Part shown: piece by piece, positions 26,913 through 40,049 of the stretch
Position numbering within the stretch: the stretch's first letter is position 1
How the letters are laid out: each line of letters starts with the position of its first letter
Assembly (NCBI GenBank): GCA_032718475.1
Contig: JAUCBJ010006359.1
Coordinates: 25,571-89,570, forward strand
Direction of reading: 5' to 3'
DNA length: 64,000 nt
Source of the DNA: Nemertoderma westbladi
Lineage: Eukaryota > Animalia > Xenacoelomorpha
Program-made: the position numbers and the translations under genes
Notes under the pieces: generated by a model
The model's database searches: none
Seen by the model: the letters and a program-made list of their open reading frames with translations, nothing else
Told to the model about the DNA's origin: nothing

Positions 26913-28436
26913 CCTACTAAATATACGACCATGAAAGCTGCATTCTACCTACTAAATTTAGTAGGCACACGTTTTTAAAATCATTTTTCATATATTTGAA
27001 GGATTTTATAATAAAAGTCTTCTAGAACATTTTTTTATGATTCATTCCAATAGTAAGTATTATAATTTTGAAACAACTTATTTTAATAGCTATTTTTATA
27101 TATTATTGGTAATTGCCAGTTCCACTTCGTTGGTACTTACCTACGCCATCTCCTGGAATATTGTGTCTTAATTCAGTGAGTTGGCCACCAATTATTATTC
27201 TACAAATCTTAATGAGATTGCATGAAATTTGAAATATACCGTATATTGTTTTACCTCCATCATCCATACTGGGTGCGTCAGACGTCAGTATTTATTTTCG
27301 CTTTCAATCCTTAACTACAAGCGTTTGAAAAGTAATTAAATAGCCTCGAGACAAGGCTAAAACTTGCCACTTCCGAATCTAATATTCCACTCAATTTCAT
27401 TAAGATTCAGATGGGGGTGGGGTTGCACTGAATTAAGACATAAAAAATATCCTGTATTTTTGATATTATTTTTTGTTATTTATGCTAGTAGTTTTTTCCA
27501 AGTATCTTTTGTAAATAAAATTAGCTACTGTAAATTGAGATTTTTGGTCAACAAATCGAGCATTGATTAAAGAAAATATCGACGTTGATGAAGTTTTATC
27601 AAGTGAACCAGAAAATGATTACGAATCAATTTGCATTGCTGCTGAAAGTCGAAATGAGAATTGTTTTGGGTTTTCTTACCCACAAAATTATCAACAGAAA
27701 AGGTAGCAAAGGGTGCCAAAACTGTGCGGCAGTTTTACAAAATGAAACTGTTAACAACTCACTTTACCACAGTTTGCTTGACATGGGAAGAGAGAAGACT
27801 CACAAGACAGTTATGCGCATTTGTTGAAGAAACGTTTAAAATTTTAATAACCGTTGAAGATTTGCTTGAAAAAACCCTTCAGTTCCGCAGCAACTTCGAC
27901 TCTAACCAAACTATGTGATAATTATCCCTACGTAATCAGCTGACCTTCCCATACTCGAACTAATTACAAGAATTATTTTTCGCTCTCTCGTAAACATATT
28001 TGCCAACAATCGATCCCACTCCCAGACGTGAGAGAATCTTCTGTAAAAGTAATTCAAACTGCGTCAGCGTCATGTATAATACTAAATTATAGAACTGTAG
28101 TTTACTGGTACTCATCATCATTATTGAAAACATTATAAACATTAAACATTCCATAAGATTAACCAATTATCAACTATTTATTTGCTTTTGTCCTTCTTCA
28201 TTAATTTGCTAGTAAAAACACATGGCTTCCAAAAAAACACTAGCTATGGTCAATTGAAAGATCAATCTATCACATACCAAAAAAACTTTAAAATAATATA
28301 ATGACGTAATGAATATAACACAAAAATCTCAATTTAGCTAATTTCATTTACAATAGATACTTAATTGCTAAACAATCTACTGTAGAACACTAACAAAAAA
28401 AATAATGTAATAAAAACTGTGTCCTAATAGCAGATA

Positions 28437-28467
<31 letters not shown>

Positions 28468-29160
28468 GGACGCAATAAAAATTCATCCCTCTCCAGGGGA
28501 AATTCGACGCAAATAACAGCTGATTATTCTCAAAAATAAAACTGTAACCTGTTCTATTGTGTTTAGTTTATTGTTTTGGTTAAAATAACATGCCACTGTA
28601 ACCTGTTCCTTTCCCTAAATTGAGAATTTAACATTGAGGCGGGATATTAATTCGCCAAGGCGGGTTTTGCGTCCAGTTACCCTCCCAGTCTCCCTAATAG
28701 ATAGTAATTGAATAGACTCAATAAAACACTTTTCAAACGCTTGTAGTTAAAGATTGAAAGCGAAAATAAATATTCTGACGCGTTAAGATTTCTAGAATAA
28801 TAATTGGTGGCCAAGTCACTGAATTAAGACACAATATTCCAGGAGATGGCGTAGGTAAGCACCAGCGAAGTGGAACTGGCATTTACCAATAATATATAAA
28901 AATAGCTATTAAAATAAGTTGTTTCAAAATTATAATACTTACTATTAAAATGAATCATAAAAAAATGTTCTAGAAGACTTTTATTATAAAATCCTTCCAA
29001 AAATAAAATAAATGATTTTCAAAACGTGTGCCAAGGACTTCTAGAACATAGTATACATTCATAGTATACATAGAATATATACTATGTTCTAGAAGTCCTT
29101 GCGTCTGCCTACTAAATTTATTAGGTAGAATGCAGCTTTCATGGTCGTATATATAGTAGG
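26913..29160. mobile_element. Non-autonomous foldback-type DNA transposon with ~420-bp TIRs
   Basis: 26913-27333 is an imperfect inverted copy of 28728-29160 (e.g. CTACGCCATCTCCTGGAATATTGTGTCTTAATTCAGTGA / TCACTGAATTAAGACACAATATTCCAGGAGATGGCGTAG). Confidence 0.8.
28460..28684. mobile_element. ~230-bp MITE, copy 1 (nested in the foldback element)
   Basis: TIR GGGACTGGACGCAA...TTGCGTCCAGTTACCC; homologous to 30472-30705. Confidence 0.7.
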
Positions 29161-29549
29161 AATGTGAAGAATGGCTAACTAGAATAATGATGAACGATTT
29201 GTATTTCAAATTTCAAGCAATATGATAAAAATTGGTGGGTGGAGATTCGTTTCATAAGAACATGACTTAATTACACGTTCAGAATGACAATAAGTTGACA
29301 TCATGTAAACTTACAAAATAATTGCTTAAAGGCAAGGCAACCAGAAACGAGATTCCAATTATACGTCGTTCTATGAATAACTTCGTTTCATATTTCATAA
29401 ATATCATTAGGATTTGTAGAAAATTAGGGGGGGGGGGGGGGGGGGGGGCACTGTATTTCATGACATGGTGTACTTGGAATAGCGCAACATTGATAATATT
29501 TTGCTATTTTGTGTTAAAATGCATTATGTATGTAAGGTATGTAGTTTAC

Positions 29550-29798
29550 CTTGAGAATATTGCGCGGCACGGTCCATATCCTGAGTAAGTTATCTTTGCC
29601 CCAGGACACCATTTCATGACTGTCGGAAGTATTCCCTGCCTTCCGCCACTCAAAATTAACTACCATGTCGGTATGACCGCTGAATATGTGAACCACCTGA
29701 TTGTTGCATTCTGTCTCCAGAGACCACAAAGACATCGGATTAAGTTCGCGGGCCTTCTGTAGAGGGACTATTGAAGTCACCAGACTTCTTCCAAACGG
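29550..29798 (-). CDS. WDR59: WD40-repeat exon of a GATOR2 subunit WDR59 (Sea3) homolog
   Basis: 249 nt, phase 0/0, TTTTTCCTTTAG| and AAG|GTAAAC. PFGRSLVTSIVP..LW..VHIFSGHTDMVVNFEWRK..MVSWGKDNLLRIW matches my recollection of WDR59 (PFSNGLVTVMVP..VHTFVGHDDVVLEFQWRK..LVTWSRDQTLRMW). Confidence 0.78.
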
Positions 29799-30471
29799 CT
29801 AAAGGAAAAAATCACCAACACCATTGAAATACTATATATAGATAACTGTGTGTATGTGTAGTGTTCAGCAAGCAACAGAACATCACTTTTTTCTTTTTAG
29901 GTTTAAGTATTTGACCATTCCAGTAGCAGTTCAGGTTAATATAAATCATACTAACGAATCAACTATTCATCTTAATGTAGCAACTCGTATGTACGTAAGT
30001 ATTCAAAGACACGCATCATATGCGTCGATCATAGGAATTCGAATGGAAATTAGCTAGCGCTAACATGTGCCGTAGGCGTAGGTGAACATATTAATATAGT
30101 AATATTTTATGCTACTCAATGCATGTGGTACCTACACGTCAAGGTTGAAGGAACGCCTTACTTACCTTACACTTACACATATTATACAGATATTGCATGG
30201 AAATACATGGTCAAGTAAATCTAACAATAATGGTTTGGAGTCATGACAAGACAAGAATGGCACGATAGTGATAGTGTAGTTTTGATTGTTACCTGCTGTC
30301 CGGTGGCCAAATCAAGCTCACCTTCAACAGTTGCCATACAATATACTTATAGATAAACTGGGAGCTTTTGGTGTGGTATAATAAATAGTATTATTCAACT
30401 AATTTTGAGTTAAACTAATTGAAATTGAGAATGTCTTTAAGTTTACAAATTTCTTTACTGTTATACCAGAT

Positions 30472-30705
30472 AGGGGGACTTTCGACGCCAATAAAATTCA
30501 TCCCTCCCCATGGGCAATTAACCCAAATAACAGCTGATTACTCCCAAAAATAAAACTGTCACCTGCTCTATTTAATTTTGTTTATTGTTTTGGTTAGAAT
30601 AACGTGTCACAGGTCACTGTAACCTCTCCTTCCCTTTAATCGGCAATTTAACATTGAGACGAGATATTAATTCGCTGAGATGGGAATTGCGTTAAGTCGC
30701 CCCCC
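30472..30705. mobile_element. ~230-bp MITE, copy 2 (diverged)
   Basis: Shares AAATTCATCCCT..CAAATAACAGCTGATTA..AAAAATAAAACTGT..TTTAACATTGAG..GATATTAATTCGC with copy 1. Confidence 0.7.
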
Positions 30706-30932
30706 CCCCCCTGCTCATTTCCTGACTAATTATTTATATTTTGACTTTTCTTAACATGAAAGGCTACTAATAATCTTTATTACAGTTACATCAACGACTG
30801 GAAGTTGAGTCCTAAACACTAATATTGGCTAGCCGAGAATAAATATTACCATTATAAAAATAAAATCACTAAACCCAAATGTATACTAAATTTATTGGTA
30901 CAGAGGGTGTGAGGTGAGTCGGATCAAGTAGG

Positions 30933-33900
30933 CCGAAGCCACCTCTCTACCAGAGGCAACCCAAAGAGTGTACCGGAGGCAACCCAAAGAGTGTACCGGA
31001 GGCAACCCAAAGAGTGTACCGGAGGCAACCCAAAGACTTTTCTCTACCAGAGGCAACCCAAAGAATGTACCGGAGGCAACCCAAAGAGTGTACCGGAGGC
31101 AACCCAAAGACTTCTCTCTACCAGAGGCAACCCAAAGAGTGTACCGGAGGCAACCCAAAGAGTGTACCGGAGGCAACCCAAAGAGTGTACCGGAGGCAAC
31201 CCAAAGACTTTTCTCTACCAGAGGCAACCCAAAGAGTGTACCGGAGGCAACCCAAAGAGTGTACCGGAGGCAACCCAAAGACTTCTCTCTACCAGAGGCA
31301 ACCCAAAGAGTGTACCGGAGGCAACCCAAAGAGTGTACCGGAGGCAACCCGAAGCCACCTCTCTACCAGAGGCAACCCAAAGAGTGTACCGGAGGCAACC
31401 CAAAGAGTGTACCGGAGGCAACCCAAAGACTTCTCTCTACCAGAGGCAACCCAAAGAGTGTACCGGAGGCAACCCAAAGGGTGTACCGGAGGCAACCCAA
31501 AGACTTCTCTCTACCAGAGGCAACCCAAAGAGTGTACCGGAGGCAACCCAAAGAGTGTACCGGAGGCAACCCGAAGCCACCTCTCTACCAGAGGCAACCC
31601 AAAGAGTGTACCGGAGGCAACCCAAAGAGTGTACCGGAGGCCACCCAAAGACTTCTCTCTACCAGAGGCAACCCAAAGAGTGTACCGGAGGCAACCCAAA
31701 GAGTGTACCGGAGGCAACCCAAAGACTTCTCTCTACCAGAGGCAACCCAAAGAGTGTACCGGAGGCAACCCAAAGAGTGTACCAGAGGCAACCCAAAGAG
31801 TGTACCGGAGGCTACCCAAAGAGTGTAACGGAGGCAACCCAAAGAGTGTAACGGAGGCAACCCAAAGAGTGTACCGGAGGCAACCCAAAGAGTGTACCGG
31901 AGGCAACCCAAAGAGTGTACCGGAGGCAACCCAAAGAGTGTACCGGAGGCAACCCAAAGAGTGTACAGGAGGCAACCCAAAGAGTGTACCGGAGGCAACC
32001 CAAAGAGTGTACCGGAGGCAACCCAAAGAGTGTACCGGAGGCAACCCAAAGAGTGTACCGGAGGCAACCCAAAGAGTGTACCGGAGGCAACCCAAAGAGT
32101 GTACCGGAGGCAACCCAAAGAGTGTACCGGAGGCAACCCGAAGAGTGTACCGGAGGCAACCCAAAGAGTGTACCGGAGGCAACCCAAAGAGTGTACCGGA
32201 GGCAACCCAAAGAGTGTACCGGAGCCAACCCAAAGAGTGTACCGGAGGCAACCCAAAGGCTCCTCTCTACCGGAGGCAACCCAAAGAGTGTACCGGAGGC
32301 AACCCAAAGAGTGTACCGGAGGCAACCCAAAGAGTGTACCGGAGGCAACCCAAAGAGTGTACCGGAGGCAACCCAAAGAGTGTACCGGAGGCAACCCGAA
32401 GCCACCTCTCTACCAGAGGCAACCCAAAGAGTGTACCGGAGGCAACCCAAAGAGTGTACCGGAGGCAACCCAAAGAGTGTACCAGAGGCAACCCAAAGAG
32501 TGTACCAGAGGCAACCCAAAGAGTGTACCGGAGGCAACCCAAAAAGTGTACCGGAGGCAACCCGAAGCCACCTCTCTACCAGAGGCAACCCAAAGAGTGT
32601 ACCGGAGGCAACCCAAAGAGTGTACCGGAGGCAACCCAAAGACTTCTCTCTACCAGAGGCAACCCAAAGAGTGTACCGGAGGCAACCCAAAGAGTGTACC
32701 GGAGGCAACCCAAAGAGTGTACCGGAGGCAACCCAAAGACTTCTCTCTACCAGAGGCAACCCAAAGAGTGTACCAGAGGCAACCCAAAGAGTGTACCAGA
32801 GGCAACCCAAAGAGTGTACCGGAGGCAACCCAAAGAGTGTACCACAGGCAACCCAAAGATTGTACCGGAGGCAACCCAAAGAGTGTACCGGAGGCAACCC
32901 AAAGAGTGTACCGGAGGCAACCCAAAGAGTGTACCGGAGGCAACCCAAAGAGTGTACCGGAGGCAACCCAAAGAGTGTACCGGAGGCAACCCAAAGAGTG
33001 TACCGGAGGCAACCCAAAGAGTGTACCGGAGGCAACCCAAAGAGTGTACCGGAGGCAACCCAAAGAGTGTACCGGAGGCAACCCAAAGAGTGTACCGGAG
33101 GCAACTCAAAGAGTGTACCGGAGGCAACCTAAAGAGTGTACCGGAGGCAACCCAAAGCGTGTACCGGAGGCAACCCAAAGAGTGTACCGGAGGCAACCCA
33201 AAGAGTGTACCGGAGGCAACCCAAAGAGTGTACCGGAGGCAACCCAAAGAGTGTACCGGAGGCAACCCAAAGAGTGTACCGGAGGCAACCCAAAGAGTGT
33301 ACCGGAGGCAACCCAAAGAGTGTACCGGAGGCAACCCAAAGGCTCCTCTCTACCGGAGGCAACCCAAAGAGTGTACCGGAGGCAACCCAAAGAGTATACC
33401 GGAGGCAACCCAAAGAGTGTACCGGAGGCAACCCAAAGAGTGTACCGGAGGCAACCCAAAGAGTGTACCGGAGGCAACCCAAAGAGTGTACCGGAGGCAA
33501 CCCAAAGACTTGACAACAAACCCAGAAGCAACCTGAGGGCTCCTCTCTACCGGAGTCAACCTGAAGGCTCCTCTCTACCGGAGGCAACCCAAAGAGTGTA
33601 CCGGAGGCAACCCAAAGAGTATACCGGAGGCAACCCAAAGAGTGTACCGGAGGCAACCCAAAGAGTGTACCGGAGGCAACCCAAAGAGTGTACCGGAGGC
33701 AACCCAAAGAGTGTACCGGAGGCAACCCAAAGACTTGACAACAAACCCAGAAGCAACCTGAGGGCTCCTCTCTACCGGAGTCAACCTGAAGGCTCCTCTC
33801 TACCGGAGGCAACCCGAAGAGTGTACCGGAGGCAACCCAAAGACTTCTCTCTACCGGAGGCAACGTGAGAGCTCCTCTCTACCGGAGTCAACCTGAAGGC

Positions 33901-36900
33901 TCCTCTCTACCGGAGGCAACCCGAAGCCACTTCTCTACCAGAGGCAACCCAAAGAGTGTACCGGAGGCAACCCAAAGACTTCTCTCTACCGGAGGCAACC
34001 TGAGAGTTCCTCTCTACCGGAGTCAACCTGAAGGCTCCTCTCTACCGGAGGCAACCCGAAGCCACTTCTCTACCAGAGGCAACCCAAAGAGTGTACCGGA
34101 GGCAACCCAAAGACTTCTCTCTACCGGAGGCAACCTGAGAGCTCCTCTCTACCGGAGTCAACCTGAAGGCTCCTCTCTACCGGAGGCAACCCGAAGCCAC
34201 TTCTCTACCAGAGGCAACCCAAAGAGTGTACCGGAGGCAACCCAAGACTTCTCTCTACCGGAGGCAACCTGAGGGCTCCTCTCTCCCGGAGTCAACCTGA
34301 AGGCTCCTCTCTACCAGAGGCCACCCGAAGGCTCCTCTCTACTAGAGGTAACCCGAAGGCTCCTCTCTACCGGACGTAACCTGAAGACTCCTCTCTACCA
34401 GAGGCAACCCGAAGGCTCCTCTCTACCGGAGGCAACCCGAAGGCTCCTCTCTACCGGAGGCAACCCGAAGACTCCTCTCTACCAGAGGCAACCCGAAGGC
34501 TCCTCTCTACCGGAGGCAACCCAAAGGCTCCTCTCTACCGGAGGCAACCCGAAGGCACCTCTCTACCAGAGGCAACCCAAAGACTGTACCGGAGGCAACC
34601 CAAAGACTTCTCTCTACCGGAGGCAACCTGAGGGCTCCTCTCTACCAGAGGCCACCCGAAGGCTCCTCTTTACCGGAAGCCTCACGAAGGTTCCTCTCTA
34701 CCCGAGGCAACCCAAAGACTCCTCTCTACCAGAGGCCACCCGAAGGCACCTTTCTATCGGAGGTAACCTGAAGGCTCCTCTCTACCGGGGGCAACCTGAA
34801 GGCTCCTCTCTACCGGGGGCAACCCAAAGGCTCCTCTCTACCGGGGGCAACCCGAAGGCTCCTCTCTACCGGAGGTAACCTGAAGGCTCCTCTCTACCGG
34901 GGGGGGGGGGGACCCGAAGGCTCCTCTCTACCGGGGGCAACCCGAAGTTTCCTCTCTACCTGAGGCAACCCGAAGGCTCCTCTCTACCTGAGGCAAGCCG
35001 AAGACTCCTCTCTACCGGAGGCAACCCGGAGGCTCCTCTCTACCGGAGGCAACCCGAAGGCTCCTCTCTACCGGAGGTGACCTGAAGGCTCCCCTCTACC
35101 GGAGGCTAAACGAAGGCTCCTCTCTACTCGAGGCAACCCGAAGGCTCCTCTCTACAAGAGGCAACCCGAAGACTCCTCTCTACCGGAGGCAACCCGAAGA
35201 CTCCACTATACCGGTGGTAACCAGAAGGCTCCGCTCTACCTGAGGCAACTCAAAGGCTCCTCTCTACCTGAGGCAACCCAAAGGCTCCTCTCTAGCGGAG
35301 GCAACCCGAAGGCTCCTCTCTACCGGAGGCAACCCGAAGGCTCCTCTCTACCTGAGGCAACCCGAAGGCTCCTCTCTACCTGAGGCAACCCAAAGGCTCC
35401 TCTCTACCTGAGGCAACCCGAAGGATCCTCTCTACCGGGGGCAACCCGAAGGCTCCTCTCTATTGAAGGCAATCTAAAGGTTCCTCTCTACCGGAGGCTA
35501 AACGAAGGCTCCTCTCTACTAGAGGCAACACGAAGGCTCCTCTCTACCTGAGGCAACCCGAAGGCTCCTCTCTACCTGAGGCAACCCGAAGGCTCCTCTC
35601 TACCTGAGGCAACCCAAAGGCTCCTCTCTACCGGGGGCAACACGAAGGCTCCTCTCTACCTGAGGCAACCCGAAGGCTCCTCTCTACCGGGGGCAACACG
35701 AAGGCTCCTCTCTACCTGAGGCAACCCGAAGGCTCCTCTCTACCTGAGGCAAACCGAAGGCTCCTCTCTACCTGAGGCAACCCGAAGGCTCCTCTCTACC
35801 TGAGGCAACCCAAAGGCTCCTCTCTACCGGAGGCAACCCGAAGGCTCCTCTCTACCTGAGGCAACCCGAAGGCTCCTCTCTACCTGAGGCAACACGAAGG
35901 CTCCTCTCTAGCTGAGGCAACCCGAAGGCTCCTCTCTACCTGAGGCAACCCAAAGGCTCCTCTCTACAGGGGGCAACACGAAGGCTCCTCTCTACCTGAG
36001 GCAACACGAAGTCTCCTCTCTAGCTGAGGCAACCCGAAGGCTCCTCTCTACCTGAGGCAACCCAAAGGCTCCTCTCTACAGGGGGCAACCCGAAGGCTCC
36101 TCTCTACCTGAGGCAACCCGAAGGCTCCTTTCTACCGGAGGCAACCCGAAGACTCCTCTCTACCTGAGGCAACCCGAAGGCTCCTCTCTACCGAAGGCAA
36201 CCCGAAGACTCCACTATACCAGTGGTAACCCGAAGGCTCCTCTCTACCAGAGGCAACCCAAAGGATCCTCTCTACCGGAGGCAACCCGAAGGCTCCTTAC
36301 TACCGGAGGCAACCCGAAGGCTCCTCTCTACCAGAGGCAAACCAAAGGCTCCTCTCTACCGGAGGCAACCCGAAGGCTCCTCTCTACCGGAGGTAACCCG
36401 AAGGCTCCTCTCTACCGGAGGCAACCCGAAGGCTCCTCTCTACCGGAGGTAACCCGAAGGCTCCTCTCTACCGGAGGCAACCCGAAGGCTCCTCTCTACC
36501 TGAGGCAACCCGAAGGCTCCTCTCTACCGGAGGCAACCCGAAGACTCCACTATACCAGTGGTAACCCGAAGGCTCCTCCCTATCGGAGGCAACCCGAAGG
36601 CTCCTCTCTACCGGAGGCAACCCGAAGGCTCCTCTCTAACAGAGGCACCCAAGGACTCCTCTCTACCGGAGGCAACCCGAAGGTTCCTCTCTACCGGAGG
36701 CAACCCGAAGACTCCACTATACCAGTGGTAACCCGAAGGCTCCTCTCTATCGGAGGCAACCCTAAGGTTCTTCTCTACCGGAGGCAACCTGAAGGCTCCT
36801 CTCTAACAGAGGCACCCAAGGACTCCTCTCTACCGGAGGCAACCCGAAGGCTCCTCTCCACCGGAGGCAACCCGAAGGCTCCTCTCTACCGGAGGCCACC

Positions 36901-38925
36901 CGAAGGCACCTCTCTACCAGAGGCAACCCAAAGACTGTACCGGAGGCAACCCAAAGACTTCTCTCTACCGGAGGCAACCTGAGGGCTCCTCTCTACCAGA
37001 GGCCACCCGAAGGCTCCTCTTTACCGGAAGCCTCACGAAGGTTCCTCTCTACCCGAGGCAACCCAAAGACTCCTCTCTACCAGAAGCCACCCGAAGGCAC
37101 CTCTCTATCGGAGGTAACCTGAAGGCTCCTCTCTACCGGGGGCAACCTGAAGGCTCCTCTCTACCGGGGGCAACCCAAAGGCTCCTCTCTACCGGGGGCA
37201 ACCCGAAGGCTCCTCTCTACCGGAGGTAACCTGAAGGCTCCTCTCTACCGGGGGGGGGGGACCCGAAGGCTCCTCTCTACCGGGGGCAACCCGAAGTTTC
37301 CTCTCTACCTGAGGTAACCCGAAGGCTCCTCTCTACCTGAGGCAAGCCGAAGACTCCTCTCTACCGGAGGCAACCCGGAGGCTCCTCTCTACCGGAGGCA
37401 ACCCGAAGGCTCCTCTCTACCGGAGGTGACCTGAAGGTTCCCCTCTACCGGAGGCTAAACGAAGGCTCCTCTCTACTCGAGGCAACCCGAAGGCTCCTCT
37501 CTACAAGAGGCAACCCGAAGACTCCTCTCTACCGGAGGCAACCCGAAGACTCCACTATACCGGTGGTAACCCGAAGGCTCCGCTCTACCTGAAGGCAACC
37601 TCAAAGGCTCCTCTCTACCGGAGGCAACCCGAAGGCTCCTCTCTAGCGGAGGCAACCCGAAGGACTCCTCTCTACCGGAGGCAACCCGAAGGCTCCTCTC
37701 TACCGTGAGGCAACCCGAAGACTCCTCTCTACCGGAGGCAACCCGAAGGCTCCTCTCTACCTGAGGCAACCCAGAGGCTCCTCTCTACCTGAGGCAACCC
37801 GAACGCTCCTCTCTACCGGAGGCAACCCGAACGCTCCACTATACCAGTGATAACCCGAAGGCTCCTCCATACCGGAGGCAACCCGAAGACTCCTCTCTAC
37901 CGGAGGCAACCCGAAGACTCCACTATACCGGTGGTAACCCGAAGGCTTCTCTCTATTGAAGGCAACCTAAAGACTCCTCTCTACCGGAGTCAACCGAAGG
38001 CTCCACTCTAACAGAGGCACCCAAGGACTCCTCTCTACCGGAGGCAACCCGAAGGCTCCTCTCTACCGGAGGCAACCTCGAAGGCTCCTCTCTACCGGAG
38101 GCAACCCGAAGGCTCCTCCCTACCGGTGGCAACCCAAAGGCTCCTCTCTATTGAAGGCAACCTAAAGACTTCTTTCTACCGGAGTCAACCGAAGGCTCCA
38201 CTCTAACAGAGGCGCCCAAGGACTCCTCTCCACCGGAGGCAACCCGAAGGCTCCTTTCTACCGGAGGCAACTCGAAGGCTCCTTTCTACCGGAGGCAACT
38301 CGAAGGCTCCTCTCTACCGGAGGCAACTCGAAGGCTCCTCTCCACCGGAGGCAACCCGAAGGCTCCTTTCTACCGGAGGCAACTCGAAGGCTCCTTTCTA
38401 CCGGAGGCAACTCGAAGGCTCCTCTCTACCGGAGGCAACCCAAAGGCTCCTCTCTACCAGAGGCAACCCGAAGACTCCACTATACCAGTGGTGACCCGAA
38501 GGCTCCTCTCTACCGGAGGCAACCCGAAGACTCAAATATACCAGTGGTAACCCGAAGGCTCCTCTCTATCGGAGGCAACCCGAAGGCTCTTCTCTACCGG
38601 AGGCAACCCAAAGGCTCCTCTCTAGCGGAGGCAACCCGAAGGCTCCTCTCTACCAGAGGCAACCCGAAGACTCCACTATACCAGTGGTGACCCGAAGGCT
38701 CCTCTCTACCGGAGGCAACCCGAAGACTCAAATATACCAGTGGTAACCCGAAGGCTCCTCTCTATCGGAGGCAACCCGAAGGCTCTCTCTACCGGAGGCA
38801 ACCTGAAGGCTCCTCTCTACCAGAGGCAACCCGAAGACTCCACTATACCAGTGGTACCCAAGGACTCCTCTCTACCGGAGGCAACCCGAAGACTCCAATA
38901 TACCAGTGGTAACCCGAAGCCTCCT
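30933..38925 (+). repeat. Composite satellite of 23-bp (GAGGCAACCCAAAGAGTGTACCG) and 28-bp (GAGGCAACCCGAAGGCTCCTCTCTACCG) units
   Basis: 23-mers dominate to ~33800 and 28-mers after ~34250. Confidence 0.96.
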
Positions 38926-39803
38926 TAGGAATGTGAAGGTCTACTGTGGGTTTTCCTGAATCAAGACAGTACAGTCCCTATGATGTAATTTTGGGCTTAC
39001 AGCGTGTCACTACGTCTACCTTTTGATCTTTTGGTCTTATACTTAGGTAGCAAGGATCGAACGCTGTCTAACCTTTCAGGCGATGGGCGAATAACTCTAG
39101 ATGGTATTGCGGGTTGTCTCTCGTCTACATTCCCGTGATGTTCCCGTTCATTGCTGCGGCCCGATCTCTAGCCGGCCATCCTGTCCCTGAGTTTGTTCAC
39201 CGTAGTGAATCCATAGTAAAACAGATAGAAAAGCTGAGAGAATATTCTGACTTTATTACAGAAGATACAATTATAATACAATGTAATCTGAGAATAAACT
39301 AAGCACGACAGAATATTGATAAGATAATCTGAGAAAGATTGAGATATAAGATATAGTGTGTAGATAACTAATGAACAAATCGCACCTTTATATACTAAAT
39401 TTGTGCCGCAATCAATCGAGAAAATTCTCGATTGTTCTATGGGTTCTAACAAGGTTTTAAAGATAGCTATTGGTCCAGCTAATATATAACTTGCACGACA
39501 TTGGTTACAATCAAATAACTACAGCCTCATTGGTACAGACAAATGCAATTAATTTGTAGCGGTTAATTTAAACGAGTTGAAATTCTGTACAAAAAATAAT
39601 TCGCACTTACTAGGATTCGAACTCGATACCTACTACACATATAATTTCCAACGCTCTACCAACTGAGCTACTGAACCACTTGACCAATAGATGTACAAAT
39701 GATAGAACCAATACGAATGAGAACTCAAAGCAATCTTTACAAAGTTAATCCGAATAAAATAAAATTTTGAAAATCCACGGCATTTAGGGAATATAATTCT
39801 ATA
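38926..39803 (-). repeat. 3' LTR
   Basis: One mismatch seen versus 53470-54347 (39686 A / 54230 G). Minus strand shows three CCAAT boxes (~39470-39535), TATATAAA (39387-39394) and AATAAA (39252-39257). A PPT-like GGAGCGG lies immediately upstream (39804-39810). Confidence 0.9.
39591..39677 (-). promoter_or_regulatory. tRNA-derived Pol III-type unit (A box, B box, T6) in U3 of the 3' LTR
   Basis: TAGCTCAGTTGGTAGAGC (39653-39670), GAGTTCGAATCC (39613-39624), TTTTTT (39591-39596). D-arm pairs; acceptor and T stems do not. Confidence 0.7.
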
Positions 39804-40049
39804 CCGCTCCATGAAAACAGGATATTATCGTGCATAAAATATACGGTTTTCACCAATAATCAATTAAACTATAGAATACTTAGGGCGTACTTACATATTT
39901 ACAATTAAATTTCAAATAATACTTCCTTTCTACGTAATGATTCGATACAAAAATAATTACAAATTCAAACTTTACGTATTTAAGGCTTTACTAAGTAAGT
40001 ACAATATAAATCTAAATTAAATTCACCAATATAAATCTATTGCATCTCA

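Noticed and set aside
27585-28166. Transposase inside the foldback element
   Set aside because: Only a weak MTLTQFELLLQKI resemblance to Harbinger proteins; no catalytic motifs found.
34250-38925. Link between the satellite's AAGGCTC and the element's 17-nt motif
   Set aside because: Only ~7 shared nt; compatible with chance.
30892-38928. Many ORFs on both strands
   Set aside because: Translations of the 23/28-bp satellite.
39114-39452. Short ORFs duplicated at 53658-53996
   Set aside because: Incidental ORFs inside the LTRs; the duplication just reflects LTR identity.
39591-39677. Functional tRNA gene
   Set aside because: Acceptor, anticodon and T stems do not pair; only the promoter boxes and D-arm remain.
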